Shown one piece after another: positions 1-9,700 of a DNA stretch of 64,000 nt. The position numbers were made by a program, and so were the translations under genes. Below the pieces are notes generated by a model, which saw only the letters and a program-made list of their open reading frames with translations, ran no database searches and was not told the origin of the DNA. The stretch lies in assembly GCA_039586095.1 (NCBI GenBank), contig JBDHLB010000015.1:2349-66348 (forward strand), given 5' to 3'. Position 1 is the stretch's first letter. Every line of letters starts with the position of its first letter. The stretch comes from Gemmatimonadota bacterium (GTDB lineage Bacteria; Gemmatimonadota; Gemmatimonadetes; Palauibacterales; Palauibacteraceae).

Positions 1-15
1 GAGGCCATGAGTCGC

Positions 16-621
16 CTAGCGCCTCAGCTCTGCCGGGAAGGGCAGGGCATGCGTGTGGCGGATTTTGGTGACACGCCCGGGATGTACGTACGCGAGCAGC
101 TGATTGTTTAGGATCACGTCCTGCGTATCGCGGTCGACGCGCAGCCGCACATCCTGATGCACGCGCGCGGTGATGACCTCTCCAGTGACCAATCGAGTTC
201 TGCCGAAGCCGTCAACGATCTTCAGCAGCTCGCACTCCAGGTGTAGGTACGCGTCCCTGAGCAGCACGGCGTCCCCCCTGGTGGCCGGGACGGTCGGCAA
301 CGATTCGAGCACCTCACTGTCGTGCTCGTCGCAGCGGAACGAGGATGCAACGGCCACCTGCACGACCTGCTCGGGCCGAGGATAGCTGACCGTGAAGAAA
401 CCCTCGCGCTCGGCGTTCCGGTACGTCGGATGAGTCGGTGTGCACACGAAGCCGAAGTAGTTCTCCCATCCCAGCGGGGTAACGAGGTTGTTGGGCGCCA
501 GATTGGGCCGTCCGTCCTCGTCGCGCGTGCCGATCAGAACGAAGGGGAGAACGAGGGGAAAGCGGTCCCAGATCGAGTACTCGACCTCGAGTTCGACATA
601 ATCGGCCAGAGGATCAGGCAT
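16..621 (-). CDS. Flavin reductase (DIM6/NTAB) family protein
   Basis: Motifs VLIGTRDEDGRPNLAP, HPTYRNAEREGFTVS, LHLECEL and LVTGEV fit the FMN-binding split-barrel family. Confidence 0.75.
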   Translation of the reverse strand: MPDPLADYVELEVEYSIWDRFPLVLPFVLIGTRDEDGRPNLAPNNLVTPLGWENYFGFVCTPTHPTYRNAEREGFFTVSYPRPEQVVQVAVASSFRCDEHDSEVLESLPTVPATRGDAVLLRDAYLHLECELLKIVDGFGRTRLVTGEVITARVHQDVRLRVDRDTQDVILNNQLLAYVHPGRVTKIRHTHALPFPAELRR

Positions 622-739
622 TGGATAACCCGCGGTCGCGTTCGGGTCGACAGAGCCGGGGGCGTCGGGCCACGTTCGAATCTACGCCGGCTCGACGGAC
701 GCAGCGATACCGCATTCGCTCGGCACGGCGCGACGCGAT

Positions 740-2062
740 TCAGGCGGCTCTTGCTCCCCTGAGCCGCTGGACGGCTCCGACGCCCGCACGAGCCGAAAGC
801 AGCATGAGTGCGGTGATCAGCACGGCCGACGAGAGGCACCACACGCAGACCGCGCCGATGACGAACGGCTCCAGGAACGTCAGGTAGGCGGAAAAGGCGG
901 TGCCCGCGAGGGCGAACAGGAAGAACCCTGCGGTCCCGATGTCGGAAGCGGGTCTCTCGCCCACTCTCGCAACCACCCAGGCCCCCAGCAGGAGCAAGTA
1001 GCCGATCACACCCACGATTCCTACCGGGATCAACCCGAACACTCTCGCGTACGGGCTATGCTGCACGGCGTTGCAGTCGCCTACCGGCCCGCAGACCGCG
1101 CTTGCGCCCTGCGTCTCGACGTAGGCCATGTAAGCCGCGATTCCGATGCCCACGAACAGGAGAATGGGAATCACCAGCCCGGGCATCCCAGCGTCCTGCC
1201 GCCGCCGCGCCACGGTCGCAACACCGGCAAGGCCTGCGAGCATGCCGAGCAGGATGACGATCGCGAGGCCGTTGCCCACCGGATCTCTACCGAGCCGCTC
1301 AGCGAGCCCTAGAGGATGTACAGCGAGCGAGTTGAGATATTGCTCCGCCGCCCCCACCTGGTCGTATGACGGCTTCGACCTGTACACCGCTGGTTCGGGC
1401 TCGGTCTCGGCCGCGGACTCCTGGACTGTCGGCGGTGCGGCGGGACGCTCTTCGGCTCCCGGCTGATCGCCGCCCGGCGGCTCGACGGTCGCCAGGTCAG
1501 GCTCGACTTCCCTCTCGCTCTCTGCTTCCACCACACCCGCCGCATCCCGCGCTGGCGCGAGTGCAACAACGTCGGTCAGCCCGGGGATCGACGGCCAATC
1601 CGCACCGCCCTCAACCAGCCCCTGCGCAATCAGGCCGGGCAGGTCACGCGGGATCTCTACCGACCCCACGAGCACGTGCTCTGCAAACACGAGCTGGGGG
1701 ACTCCCCTCCGGTTTTCGGGGATGGCGAATCGTGCAATCGAGCTCTCGTAGAGCTCACCACCCAGACCGCGGGACACATCGACGAGCAACAGTCGAAAAC
1801 GGTCGTTCCACACGAGGTGAGCGATCAGAGGCTCGGCCCCTCCGCCCTCCAACGATTGTACCTGAGGCTGGCCGCCAAACTGTGCGAAGATGTGCGGCAG
1901 GTCTTCGTTGATCACCTGATGGCAGTGGGGGCAGGTCGGCGAATAGAAGAGCACGGCGCGCACAACCGGCTCTTCGACAGGCGTGCTCGCCGGACTCGGC
2001 GCCGGGCCTCGCCAGGCCAGCGAGAGAACGAGCACCCCCAGAGCTGCTGCAAGACGCTTCAT
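740..2062 (-). CDS. Thioredoxin-fold domain fused to vitamin K epoxide reductase (VKOR) domain
   Basis: Signal peptide MKRLAAALGVLVLSLAW, then FYSPTCPHCH and GVP (Trx fold), an acidic Pro/Glu linker, and TM helices with CGPVGDC, SPYA and CVWC (VKOR). Confidence 0.85.
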   Translation of the reverse strand: MKRLAAALGVLVLSLAWRGPAPSPASTPVEEPVVRAVLFYSPTCPHCHQVINEDLPHIFAQFGGQPQVQSLEGGGAEPLIAHLVWNDRFRLLLVDVSRGLGGELYESSIARFAIPENRRGVPQLVFAEHVLVGSVEIPRDLPGLIAQGLVEGGADWPSIPGLTDVVALAPARDAAGVVEAESEREVEPDLATVEPPGGDQPGAEERPAAPPTVQESAAETEPEPAVYRSKPSYDQVGAAEQYLNSLAVHPLGLAERLGRDPVGNGLAIVILLGMLAGLAGVATVARRRQDAGMPGLVIPILLFVGIGIAAYMAYVETQGASAVCGPVGDCNAVQHSPYARVFGLIPVGIVGVIGYLLLLGAWVVARVGERPASDIGTAGFFLFALAGTAFSAYLTFLEPFVIGAVCVWCLSSAVLITALMLLSARAGVGAVQRLRGARAA

Positions 2063-2133
2063 GGAATCCACTGCAGGACTTTCATGGCTCGTGCACGGTC
2101 CCGCTGGTCGTGCCTACACTGGACGGGGCGTCG

Positions 2134-2329
2134 AGCGCCCCCGCCGTTTCCCCCGGTACCCGCCAGAACGACCACCTCCCGACCACGTGAATCGCCCTCC
2201 AGGAAGCGCGCGTTTCGAACTTCGTTCTCCATCATCTGGATGAGCTGGATGTGGAGTCCTCGATCATCGCTCGCTCGACCTCTACCAACTGTTCGGTCGT
2301 CAGGTGGGGACGTCACGGCGGTCCTTCAT
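2134..2329 (-). pseudogene. NAD(P)H-hydrate epimerase (YjeF_N/NnrE) 5' remnant
   Basis: Read across three frames: MKDRRDVP / HLTTEQLVEVERAMIED / HIQLIQMMENEVRNARFLEGDSRGREVVVLAGTGGNGGGA. This matches the YjeF_N MEN and VxVLxGxGxNGG motifs. Two frameshifts; the 3' part is missing. Confidence 0.75.
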
Positions 2330-2680
2330 GTGGCTATCCCATGGTTCAAACGTCCGGCACTTTCCGCCAAACGACAATGGGCGTTGTTCGGTGTCCAGAC
2401 CGGCAATTGTGAGGAGCCCATCCATGCCCAAACAGCCTCCGGACGATCGGTTGCCGGGAAACCGTTCGCAAGTATCTATATAGACAACGAGACCTCATGT
2501 GAATTATCGGCAAGAGATCCGCCGGTTCGGCCGTCTATCGCGGACATGGCCAGGGCACACCCGACCTCACGTGATCTGCAACGGGACGGGGTCGCGGGTG
2601 GGTGGGGCACGGGTACCCTCCGCTCACGGTGATCCAAGGCTCAGCGATCGAGGCGATACCCTTTGTGAGTCGGGTGAGCC

Positions 2681-3049
2681 ATGCGTACAATGAAGCGGCG
2701 AATTGCCTCTAACGCGGGGGACTCAGTGAGAGATTATGAGGCCTATTGTACGGCCTGCGGCACGCGAGTCGTCGTCAGCCTCGACACGCCGCCCGACGGC
2801 CCGATCGACCTCGCCGGTGTCGATTGCCTGGACAAGGTGGTCTCCTGCGAGAAGATGGAGTGCCCGCTCGTCGACATCACTCCCGACAACTTGCCGAACC
2901 GGCTCGAGTTCCTACCGGCCCAGCTCCAGGGTGGTCGCGAGCGCGGCATGCAGGAGAGCGCGGACCTCGTGGAGCGTGCGCGGTCTACCTCCGTCAGGCT
3001 CCAAACCGAACGAAGACCCCGAGATCACCCCGATGACGAGGGTGCTTGA
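2681..3049 (+). CDS. Small Cys-rich hypothetical protein (putative metal-binding)
   Basis: YCTAC plus CLD...SCEKMECP; start uncertain (2681/2690/2723). Confidence 0.6.
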   Translation: MRTMKRRIASNAGDSVRDYEAYCTACGTRVVVSLDTPPDGPIDLAGVDCLDKVVSCEKMECPLVDITPDNLPNRLEFLPAQLQGGRERGMQESADLVERARSTSVRLQTERRPRDHPDDEGA

Positions 3050-3164
3050 GTTGTGGCTTCTGGGGCTGCCAGGGTCGGCCCCCATCCAGATAGCCAGCTC
3101 CGGGGGCGGGGCGTACTGTTAGGCAGCCCCAGGGCAGCGCGACCCTCTTGCCGAGGCAACCTGC

Positions 3165-4652
3165 ATGAAGCGACGGCAGCCCAACCTGCTCGACCAGCTG
3201 GCGCCGGGAGCGGACGACGGCGACGCTGCGTTGCAGCTGGAGGACGGGTCACGTGTCGCGGTCATCGGGGGAGGACCCGCCGGCTCCCTGTTCTCATTCT
3301 TCCTGCTCAAGATGGCCGAGGCGATCGACCTCGAGGTCGACCTCGAGATCTACGAACCGCGCTCGTTCGAGCGCTGCGGCCCTGCCGGCTGTAACCACTG
3401 CGGCGGGATCGTGTCGGAGTCCCTGGTCCAGATCCTCGCCACCGAGGGCGTCAACCTCCCACCCAGCGTCGTCCAGCGTGGGATCGAGTCCTACGTGGTC
3501 CACATGGACGTCGGCAGCGTAACGATCCAAAGCCCGGTCGGCGAACAACGGATTGCGGCGCTCTACCGTGGGAACGGCCCACGGGAGGGCGGCACTCTGC
3601 CGTGGGACTCGTTCGACGCGTACCTGCAGGGGATCGCGACGGAGCGGGGCGCCCGCGTCGTTCGAAAGCTCGTCACAGGAGTGGAGTGGGAGGATGGCCG
3701 GCCGAGCCTGGTTGACGCGGACGGGCGTGCTCGGCAATACGACCTCGTCGCGGTCGCGGCGGGCGTGAACAGCAACTTTTTCGATCTGCTGGAGATCGAG
3801 TCCGAGGCCCCACGGGCGCCGCGCACCACCCGCACCTACATCTGCGAGTTTCGTTTCGGCCGCGAGACGATCGAGCGCGTGCTCGGCAACTCGATGCACG
3901 TCTTCCTGCTCGACCTGCCTCGACTCGAGTTCGCGGCCATCATTCCCAAGGGTGAGTTCGTGACCCTGTGCTTGCTGGGCGAGGAGCTGGATCAGGAGCT
4001 CATCCAGGCTTTTCTGGGTTCACCGGTTGTCCAGCGCTGCTTCCCGGAGGAGTCGGTACCGGCGGTGTGCAGCTGCGCGCCGCTCATCAACATGGGAGGT
4101 GCCCGCCGACCGTTCGGCGATCGGGTTGTGCTGATCGGCGACTCCGGTGTGACGCGTCTCTACAAGGATGGCATTGGGGCCGCCTACCGAACTGCGAAGG
4201 CAGCAGCCGCGACGGCTGTCTTCCAGGGGATCTCGGCCGAAGCGTTTCGGCGACACTACTGGCCCGCCTGCCGCGCGATCGCGCGCGACAATGCGATCGG
4301 GAAGGGTCTGTTCGCCGCAACGACCTTCCTCAAGCACATCCGTCTCACACGGCGTGCCATACTCCGCATGACGCAGCGGGAGCAGAAGAAGGCGAACGGC
4401 GCACGCCACATGAGCTCGCTCCTATGGAACATGTTCACGGGAAGCGCCCCGTATCGTGAGATCTTCGTGGGTGCCTTGCACCCGGGTTTCATCGGCGGTC
4501 TGCTCTGGAATCTCGCGCTCGGTGCTAGGTCGGCCGGCGCGAGTGAGCCAGCGCGTCCTTGCGAAGGCGCCAATGCGCGAGGCGAGGAGCCCGCGGACAC
4601 GGAGGGCACGGAGGCGGACGCAGAAATCGGAGACGAGTTGATCCATGCGTAA
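3165..4652 (+). CDS. FAD-dependent oxidoreductase, geranylgeranyl-reductase-like
   Basis: VAVIGGGPAGS Rossmann motif, GCNHCGG, LIGDSG...YKDGIGAA; overlaps the next gene by 8 bp. Confidence 0.8.
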   Translation: MKRRQPNLLDQLAPGADDGDAALQLEDGSRVAVIGGGPAGSLFSFFLLKMAEAIDLEVDLEIYEPRSFERCGPAGCNHCGGIVSESLVQILATEGVNLPPSVVQRGIESYVVHMDVGSVTIQSPVGEQRIAALYRGNGPREGGTLPWDSFDAYLQGIATERGARVVRKLVTGVEWEDGRPSLVDADGRARQYDLVAVAAGVNSNFFDLLEIESEAPRAPRTTRTYICEFRFGRETIERVLGNSMHVFLLDLPRLEFAAIIPKGEFVTLCLLGEELDQELIQAFLGSPVVQRCFPEESVPAVCSCAPLINMGGARRPFGDRVVLIGDSGVTRLYKDGIGAAYRTAKAAAATAVFQGISAEAFRRHYWPACRAIARDNAIGKGLFAATTFLKHIRLTRRAILRMTQREQKKANGARHMSSLLWNMFTGSAPYREIFVGALHPGFIGGLLWNLALGARSAGASEPARPCEGANARGEEPADTEGTEADAEIGDELIHA

Positions 4653-5040
4653 GGGAGCGCTCGGCAAGCGATACGCGGACGGTGAGCCCATCGTGACGCA
4701 GGGCGAGATGGGCGACTGCATGTACGTCGTTCAGGGGGGTGAAGTGGAGGTCGTGCAGACGACCAATAACGGCGAGCAGCGCCTGGCCGTGCTCGCGCCC
4801 GGCGACTTCTTCGGAGAGATGGCGATCTTCGAGAAGGAGGTGCGTTCGGCCACCGTGCGCGCGCTCGGAGAGGCGCGCGTGCTGAAGGTGGACAAGAAGA
4901 CGCTTCTGCGCCGAATCAAGGAGGATCCGCTGCTAGCCGTCAACATCCTGCAGGCGATGTCTGGGCGTATCCGCGGCCTGAACGCCGAGGTCGCACGGAC
5001 CCGTGCCGGATCACCGGGCGCTGGCTCGGGAAGAGGCTAG
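4645..5040 (+). CDS. Stand-alone cyclic nucleotide-binding domain protein
   Basis: IVTQGEMGDCMYVVQGGEVEV, GDFFGEMAIF, RSATVRA; no HTH domain. Confidence 0.9.
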   Translation: MRKGALGKRYADGEPIVTQGEMGDCMYVVQGGEVEVVQTTNNGEQRLAVLAPGDFFGEMAIFEKEVRSATVRALGEARVLKVDKKTLLRRIKEDPLLAVNILQAMSGRIRGLNAEVARTRAGSPGAGSGRG

Positions 5041-6760
5041 GGCGTTGGTCGAGGCACGTTCGGGCGGTGACACGTCGCAAGAGCACGCTTGGGCACCCGA
5101 CGCCGGGGGCGTCACCGATGTCGGCGAGGCTGCCGGCGCCACACCCGAGCTCCCGCGCTTCGAGCCGCGACAGGTTGAGAAGCAGGCGCCCTGCCAGGGA
5201 GGGTGTCCGAACAGCGGCGATATCCGGGGCTGGATCGGGACCGTAGCCCAGCGTCACAAGCTCGGCCTGTCGCGGGAGGAGGCCTACACCCGCGCCTGGC
5301 GCATGATCACCGACGTTAACCCGTTCCCCAGCGTACTGGGACGGGTATGTCCCCACCCGTGCGAGTCGCACTGCAACCGCTCCGAGAAGGACGGTTCGGT
5401 AGCGATCAACGCGATGGAGCGGTTTCTCGGCGACTGGGCTATCGAGAATTCGATTCCGCTCGCCTCGCTCGAGGCCGGGCGGCAGCCCGAGTCGATCGGG
5501 GTGATCGGCGCCGGGCCATCGGGCCTCTCTTTCGCCTACCAGATGGCCCGACGCGGGTATCGGGTGACGGTCTACGAGCGCCGGGCCGAGCCGGGAGGGA
5601 TGCTGCGTCACGGAATCCCCGACTACCGCCTGCCGCCCGAAGTGCTGGAGGCCGAGATCCGGCGGATCGTGGACCTGGGTGTGGAGATCCGGCTGAACAC
5701 TGCGATCGGTCGCGACGTCATGCTGGAGGAGCTTCGCGACCTCCATCCCATCCTCTTCCTCGGCATCGGGGCCCAGAAGGGGCGTCGACTCGGCGTGCCG
5801 GGCGAAGAGGGCCCCGGCGTTTGGAGCGGCACCGACTACCTCGATAGGGTGAACCACCACAAGCCCGTGAGTCTGGGTGAGCAGGTGGTCGTCGTAGGCG
5901 GGGGCAACACGGCTGTCGATGCGGCCCGTACCGCCCGCCGATCGGGGGCCGAGGTGACGCTCCTCTACCGCCGCACGCGTGCCGAGATGCCGGCGACTCC
6001 CGGCGAGGTCGAAGAAGCGATCGCGGAGGGTGTGGCGCTCGAGTTCCTGGCTGCTCCGGTGGAGTTGGAACGGTTGAACGGAGGACTCGAGACAGTGGTC
6101 GTACAGCGTATGCAGCTGGGTGAGCCCGACGAGTCGGGGCGTCGACGCCCCCTGCCGATCGAGGGATCGGAGTACCGCGTGCCGGCCGACTCGCTCATCG
6201 CGGCGGTTTCGCAAGAGCCCGAGTGGGATGGCCTCGACGCGCTCGATCTCGGAGACCACTGGCCGGAGGCAGACGAGAGTGGTGTGGTGATCGACGGCGT
6301 GTACGCTGGCGGGGATGTGCTCGGTCTGGGAATCGCCGGCATGGCGATCGCCCACGGCCGACGGGCAGCCGAAGCGGTGCATGCCCGTCTGCGTGGTCTT
6401 CCCCCGCCTCCGCCGGAGTCCCGGGAGACGGTCGGCGCAGATAACATCCTGATGGAGCTGCACGAGGAGAAGCCTCCCGCGCTCCCGCTCCACCTGTCGC
6501 CCGAGGAAGGGCTCGCGCATCCGGAAGCGGAAGTGAGTAGGGGGATCACGGAGACGGCGTTCCTGGAAGAGGCCGAGCGCTGCTTCTCGTGTGGGATGTG
6601 CTACGGCTGCCAGCACTGCTGGATGTATTGTACACCGGGGTGCTTCACGAAGGTCGAGGAGTCACGACCGGGGGTCTACTTCACGCTCTCGCTGGACGAG
6701 TGTGAGAAATGCGGCAAGTGCATCGAGGTGTGTCCGTGCGGCTTTCTGGAGGTTTCCTGA
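5003..6760 (+). CDS. dsrL: DsrL-like (DsrL-2 type) NAD(P)H-dependent iron-sulfur flavoprotein, GltD superfamily with C-terminal ferredoxin
   Basis: PCQGGCP..DIRGW, NPFPSVLGRVCPHPCESHCNR, GAGPSG, GGGNTAVD, LYRRTR, EAERCFSCGMCYGCQHCWMYC and CEKCGKCIEVCPCG. The GltD+ferredoxin architecture is certain; the DsrL assignment and the start are less so. Confidence 0.6.
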   Translation: MPDHRALAREEARALVEARSGGDTSQEHAWAPDAGGVTDVGEAAGATPELPRFEPRQVEKQAPCQGGCPNSGDIRGWIGTVAQRHKLGLSREEAYTRAWRMITDVNPFPSVLGRVCPHPCESHCNRSEKDGSVAINAMERFLGDWAIENSIPLASLEAGRQPESIGVIGAGPSGLSFAYQMARRGYRVTVYERRAEPGGMLRHGIPDYRLPPEVLEAEIRRIVDLGVEIRLNTAIGRDVMLEELRDLHPILFLGIGAQKGRRLGVPGEEGPGVWSGTDYLDRVNHHKPVSLGEQVVVVGGGNTAVDAARTARRSGAEVTLLYRRTRAEMPATPGEVEEAIAEGVALEFLAAPVELERLNGGLETVVVQRMQLGEPDESGRRRPLPIEGSEYRVPADSLIAAVSQEPEWDGLDALDLGDHWPEADESGVVIDGVYAGGDVLGLGIAGMAIAHGRRAAEAVHARLRGLPPPPPESRETVGADNILMELHEEKPPALPLHLSPEEGLAHPEAEVSRGITETAFLEEAERCFSCGMCYGCQHCWMYCTPGCFTKVEESRPGVYFTLSLDECEKCGKCIEVCPCGFLEVS

Positions 6761-6790
6761 GCCTGGCGTTGAGCCGCCGCTGAGTTCGTC

Positions 6791-9700
6791 CTACACCGAG
6801 TCCACAGCGGTCGGAGTCTTCTCCGGCTTCACCGGAGCTCCCACACCCAAAATCTCGGGGTTCGGATCCACCGTGAGGAAGTGGCGGCGCGCCTCCGGGT
6901 CCGGAATGCGATAAGCCTTCTCCCGCACGATGTCCCGGGCTTCCTCGAGCAGGGATTCGGCTTCTTCGGCCCGCCCCAGCGCGGCTACCGCCCGTGCACG
7001 GGCCCACACGACGGCCTCCTCCGGTCCCTGGATGCTCCCGTGACGCCGCATCCGACGGAGCGCGGTCATGGACAGTCGGTCAGCCCCGTCTGTGTCTCCG
7101 CGTTCGAGCGCCAGTTCCGTCTGCCGCGCCCGCGCAAGAATGTCGATGTGCACGAGTCCGGTGCGCGCAGACAGCTCCCGGGCCTTCGCCGCCCAACGTT
7201 CTGCCTCTTCTCCCTCTGCGAGCTCGGACAGAGAGAGCCAAGTGCGGGCTTCCAGCGCCGGTCGGCCCGCCTCGTGCGCCCGCTCGGCTGCGCTCAGCAA
7301 CAGCGTGCGGGCCTCCTCCGATTTCCCGGCCGCCGCAAGAACGAATCCGAGCGTCATCTCGCCCGTAGCCGCCGCCGATACCGTGTCGAGTTGACCTGCC
7401 AGCTCCAGCGCTTCGCGGGCCGATGCCTCGGCCGACTCGTACAGACCGAGCCAGCGGAGCGCCGTCGCACGATGGGCGAGGACGCGGAGCTCCATCATGC
7501 GATGCCCGTGCTCACGCGCCCGCTGCAGCACCTCGTCGAAGTAGTCGAGCGACCGCCAGAAGTCGTCCAGGTCGACTTCGACCAGGCCCAGCCGATCCAG
7601 AAGCTCGAGCTCCGCCCACCGATCCCCGGCCGCCTGATGGAGCGGCAGGGCGGCCTCGTAATGTGACCGGGCGGTCGGGTAGTCGCCCCACAGGTGAGCG
7701 ACGCGGCCAAGCAAGGAGTGCAAAGCGCCCAACGGGCCCGATCCGTCGGCCTCGCGCACGAGCTCCAGGGCACGAGCACCTTCTCGCTTCGCCGCGGCCA
7801 GCTTGCCGCGTGCGAGAAGCGCGCGAGCGTAACGATAACCGGCTTCCGCCCTGCTTTCCGGATCCCCTCGAAGATCGGCCAGTTTGCGGAGCTCCTTCAC
7901 TACCTCCTCCCACCGTTCGCTATCCCCCATTGCTGCGACGACGTCCTCCGTAATGCAGAGGAGCGCGAACCGCTCGTCGTCTTCCTGGGAAGCCGCGTAG
8001 GCGCGCTCCAACAGGTCCAGCGCGTCCGGGAGCGCGCCCTGAGCTCTCGCCCGCATCGCGGCTCGCTCCAGGTAGGGCGCGGCCAGCGGTCGATGGGTCG
8101 AGCGCTCGTAGTGGAAGGCGATAAGCTCATCGGACTCGGACGAGCGGGCCGGCAACTGCCTCTCGAGCCACCGCGCGACACCCCCGTGGAGCTCGGCCCG
8201 CAGACCGCGAAGGAGCCCCTGGTAGGCGACCTCCTGTAAGAGCAGGTTCTCGAACCTGTACTCCCGCTCGCCGTCGACCACGGACTCGGGGAGCGACTTC
8301 ACGATTTCCCCCTGCAGCAGCTCCTCCAGCTCGGCATCCACCGGCTGCTGCGCCAGCACATCGGCGAGCACGCCCGACCAGAAGTGACGGCCCACGATCG
8401 AGGCGTACTGCAGCACCCGCTTGGTGGAGGAGCTGAGCCCGTCGATTCGGGTGCTGAGCAGGCTCTCCACCGTGTCCGGGATCTCGACCCCGGATAGATC
8501 GCCGGTCGCCTGCCACACTCCGTCCTCCGAGTGGATCAGCCCACGATCGGCGAGCGACTTCAGCATCTCCTCAAGGAACAACGGGTTGCCCTCGGCGTGC
8601 TCCAGCGTCCGGCCGACAAAGGGAGCCGGAAGACCGTGCTCCCCGAGCACGGCATCGATAAACGCACGAGATTCGTCCCTGGAAAGCGGGGGAACCTGCA
8701 TCTGCTCCGGTAAGCTCTCCAGAAGTCTTGCCAGCCGCGTCTCGCTCGGCAGGGGTGTGCGCGTGACCAGAACCAGGAACACCGGCGACCGCGGAAGCCG
8801 AGCGGGCAGGGAGGCGAGCAGGTCGAGCGTGGCTTGATCGGCCCAGTGCAGATCTTCGAGGACGAGTATGCGCGGCTCCGCGGCTCCGATGTCGAGCGCC
8901 CGCACGGCCGCATCGGCCACGCGCGCTCGGATCTCCGGAGAGCCGTATCCGACCAGCTCCGGCAACCCCGAGGCCGGCGAACCGAGCGCGACGGCGAGAG
9001 CCGCCTGTTCCTCCTGACTCCAGGAAAGGCCGGCTCGCTCGACGAGTGACTGCGCGACCTCCGCGGGCTCCCGGTCAGCAAGCTCGCCATGAAGGTTGCG
9101 GAGCAGCTCGGCGATAGTCTCCCACGGCGTGCTGCTGGCGTACGGATAGCTGCGGCCGAAGGTAACGTGCTCAGGGGGGACACGCTCGGACTCGAGCAAC
9201 TCGAGCACGAGTCGCGACTTCCCGATCCCCGGCGGACCGTGGACGAGGCAGTACCGCACGTCGCCGCCCTGCACGCCGGTCCAGTGAGCGCGCAGGGTGC
9301 CCAGCTCGGCGTCGCGTCCGATGAACGGGGTACGGCGTCCGCCGAAGCCGCGTTGACGTCCCCGCTCGGGCCGGAGGCCCATGACCTTCCGGGCTACGAC
9401 AGGTGCCTGCTTCCCTCGGACCCGGAGGGTCTGCTCGTCTCCGAATTCGAAGATATGCCTCGTTGGCTCGAACGTCGTGCTGCCGACCAGAATATCGCCG
9501 GGCTCGCAGGCGGTCTGCAGACGGGAAGCCACGTTCACGGTGTCCCCGACCGCCGTGTAGTTGCGAGCTCCACCGCCGGAGAACACCCCCGTGACCACGG
9601 GGCCAGTGTTGATGCCGATCCGCAGCTGGAGTGGCCCCCCCGATTCGGCGAACTCCGCTCCCGCCTCCTGCCACCACCGATGCAAGGAGGTGTGCATGTC

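Noticed and set aside
645-700. GTTCGAATC resembling a tRNA T-loop within a hairpin
   Set aside because: The flanks do not form a T-stem, and no cloverleaf or acceptor stem can be built
740-2062. CPHCH read as a heme c attachment motif
   Set aside because: The context (FYSPTCPHC plus GVP, fused to VKOR) indicates a thioredoxin active site
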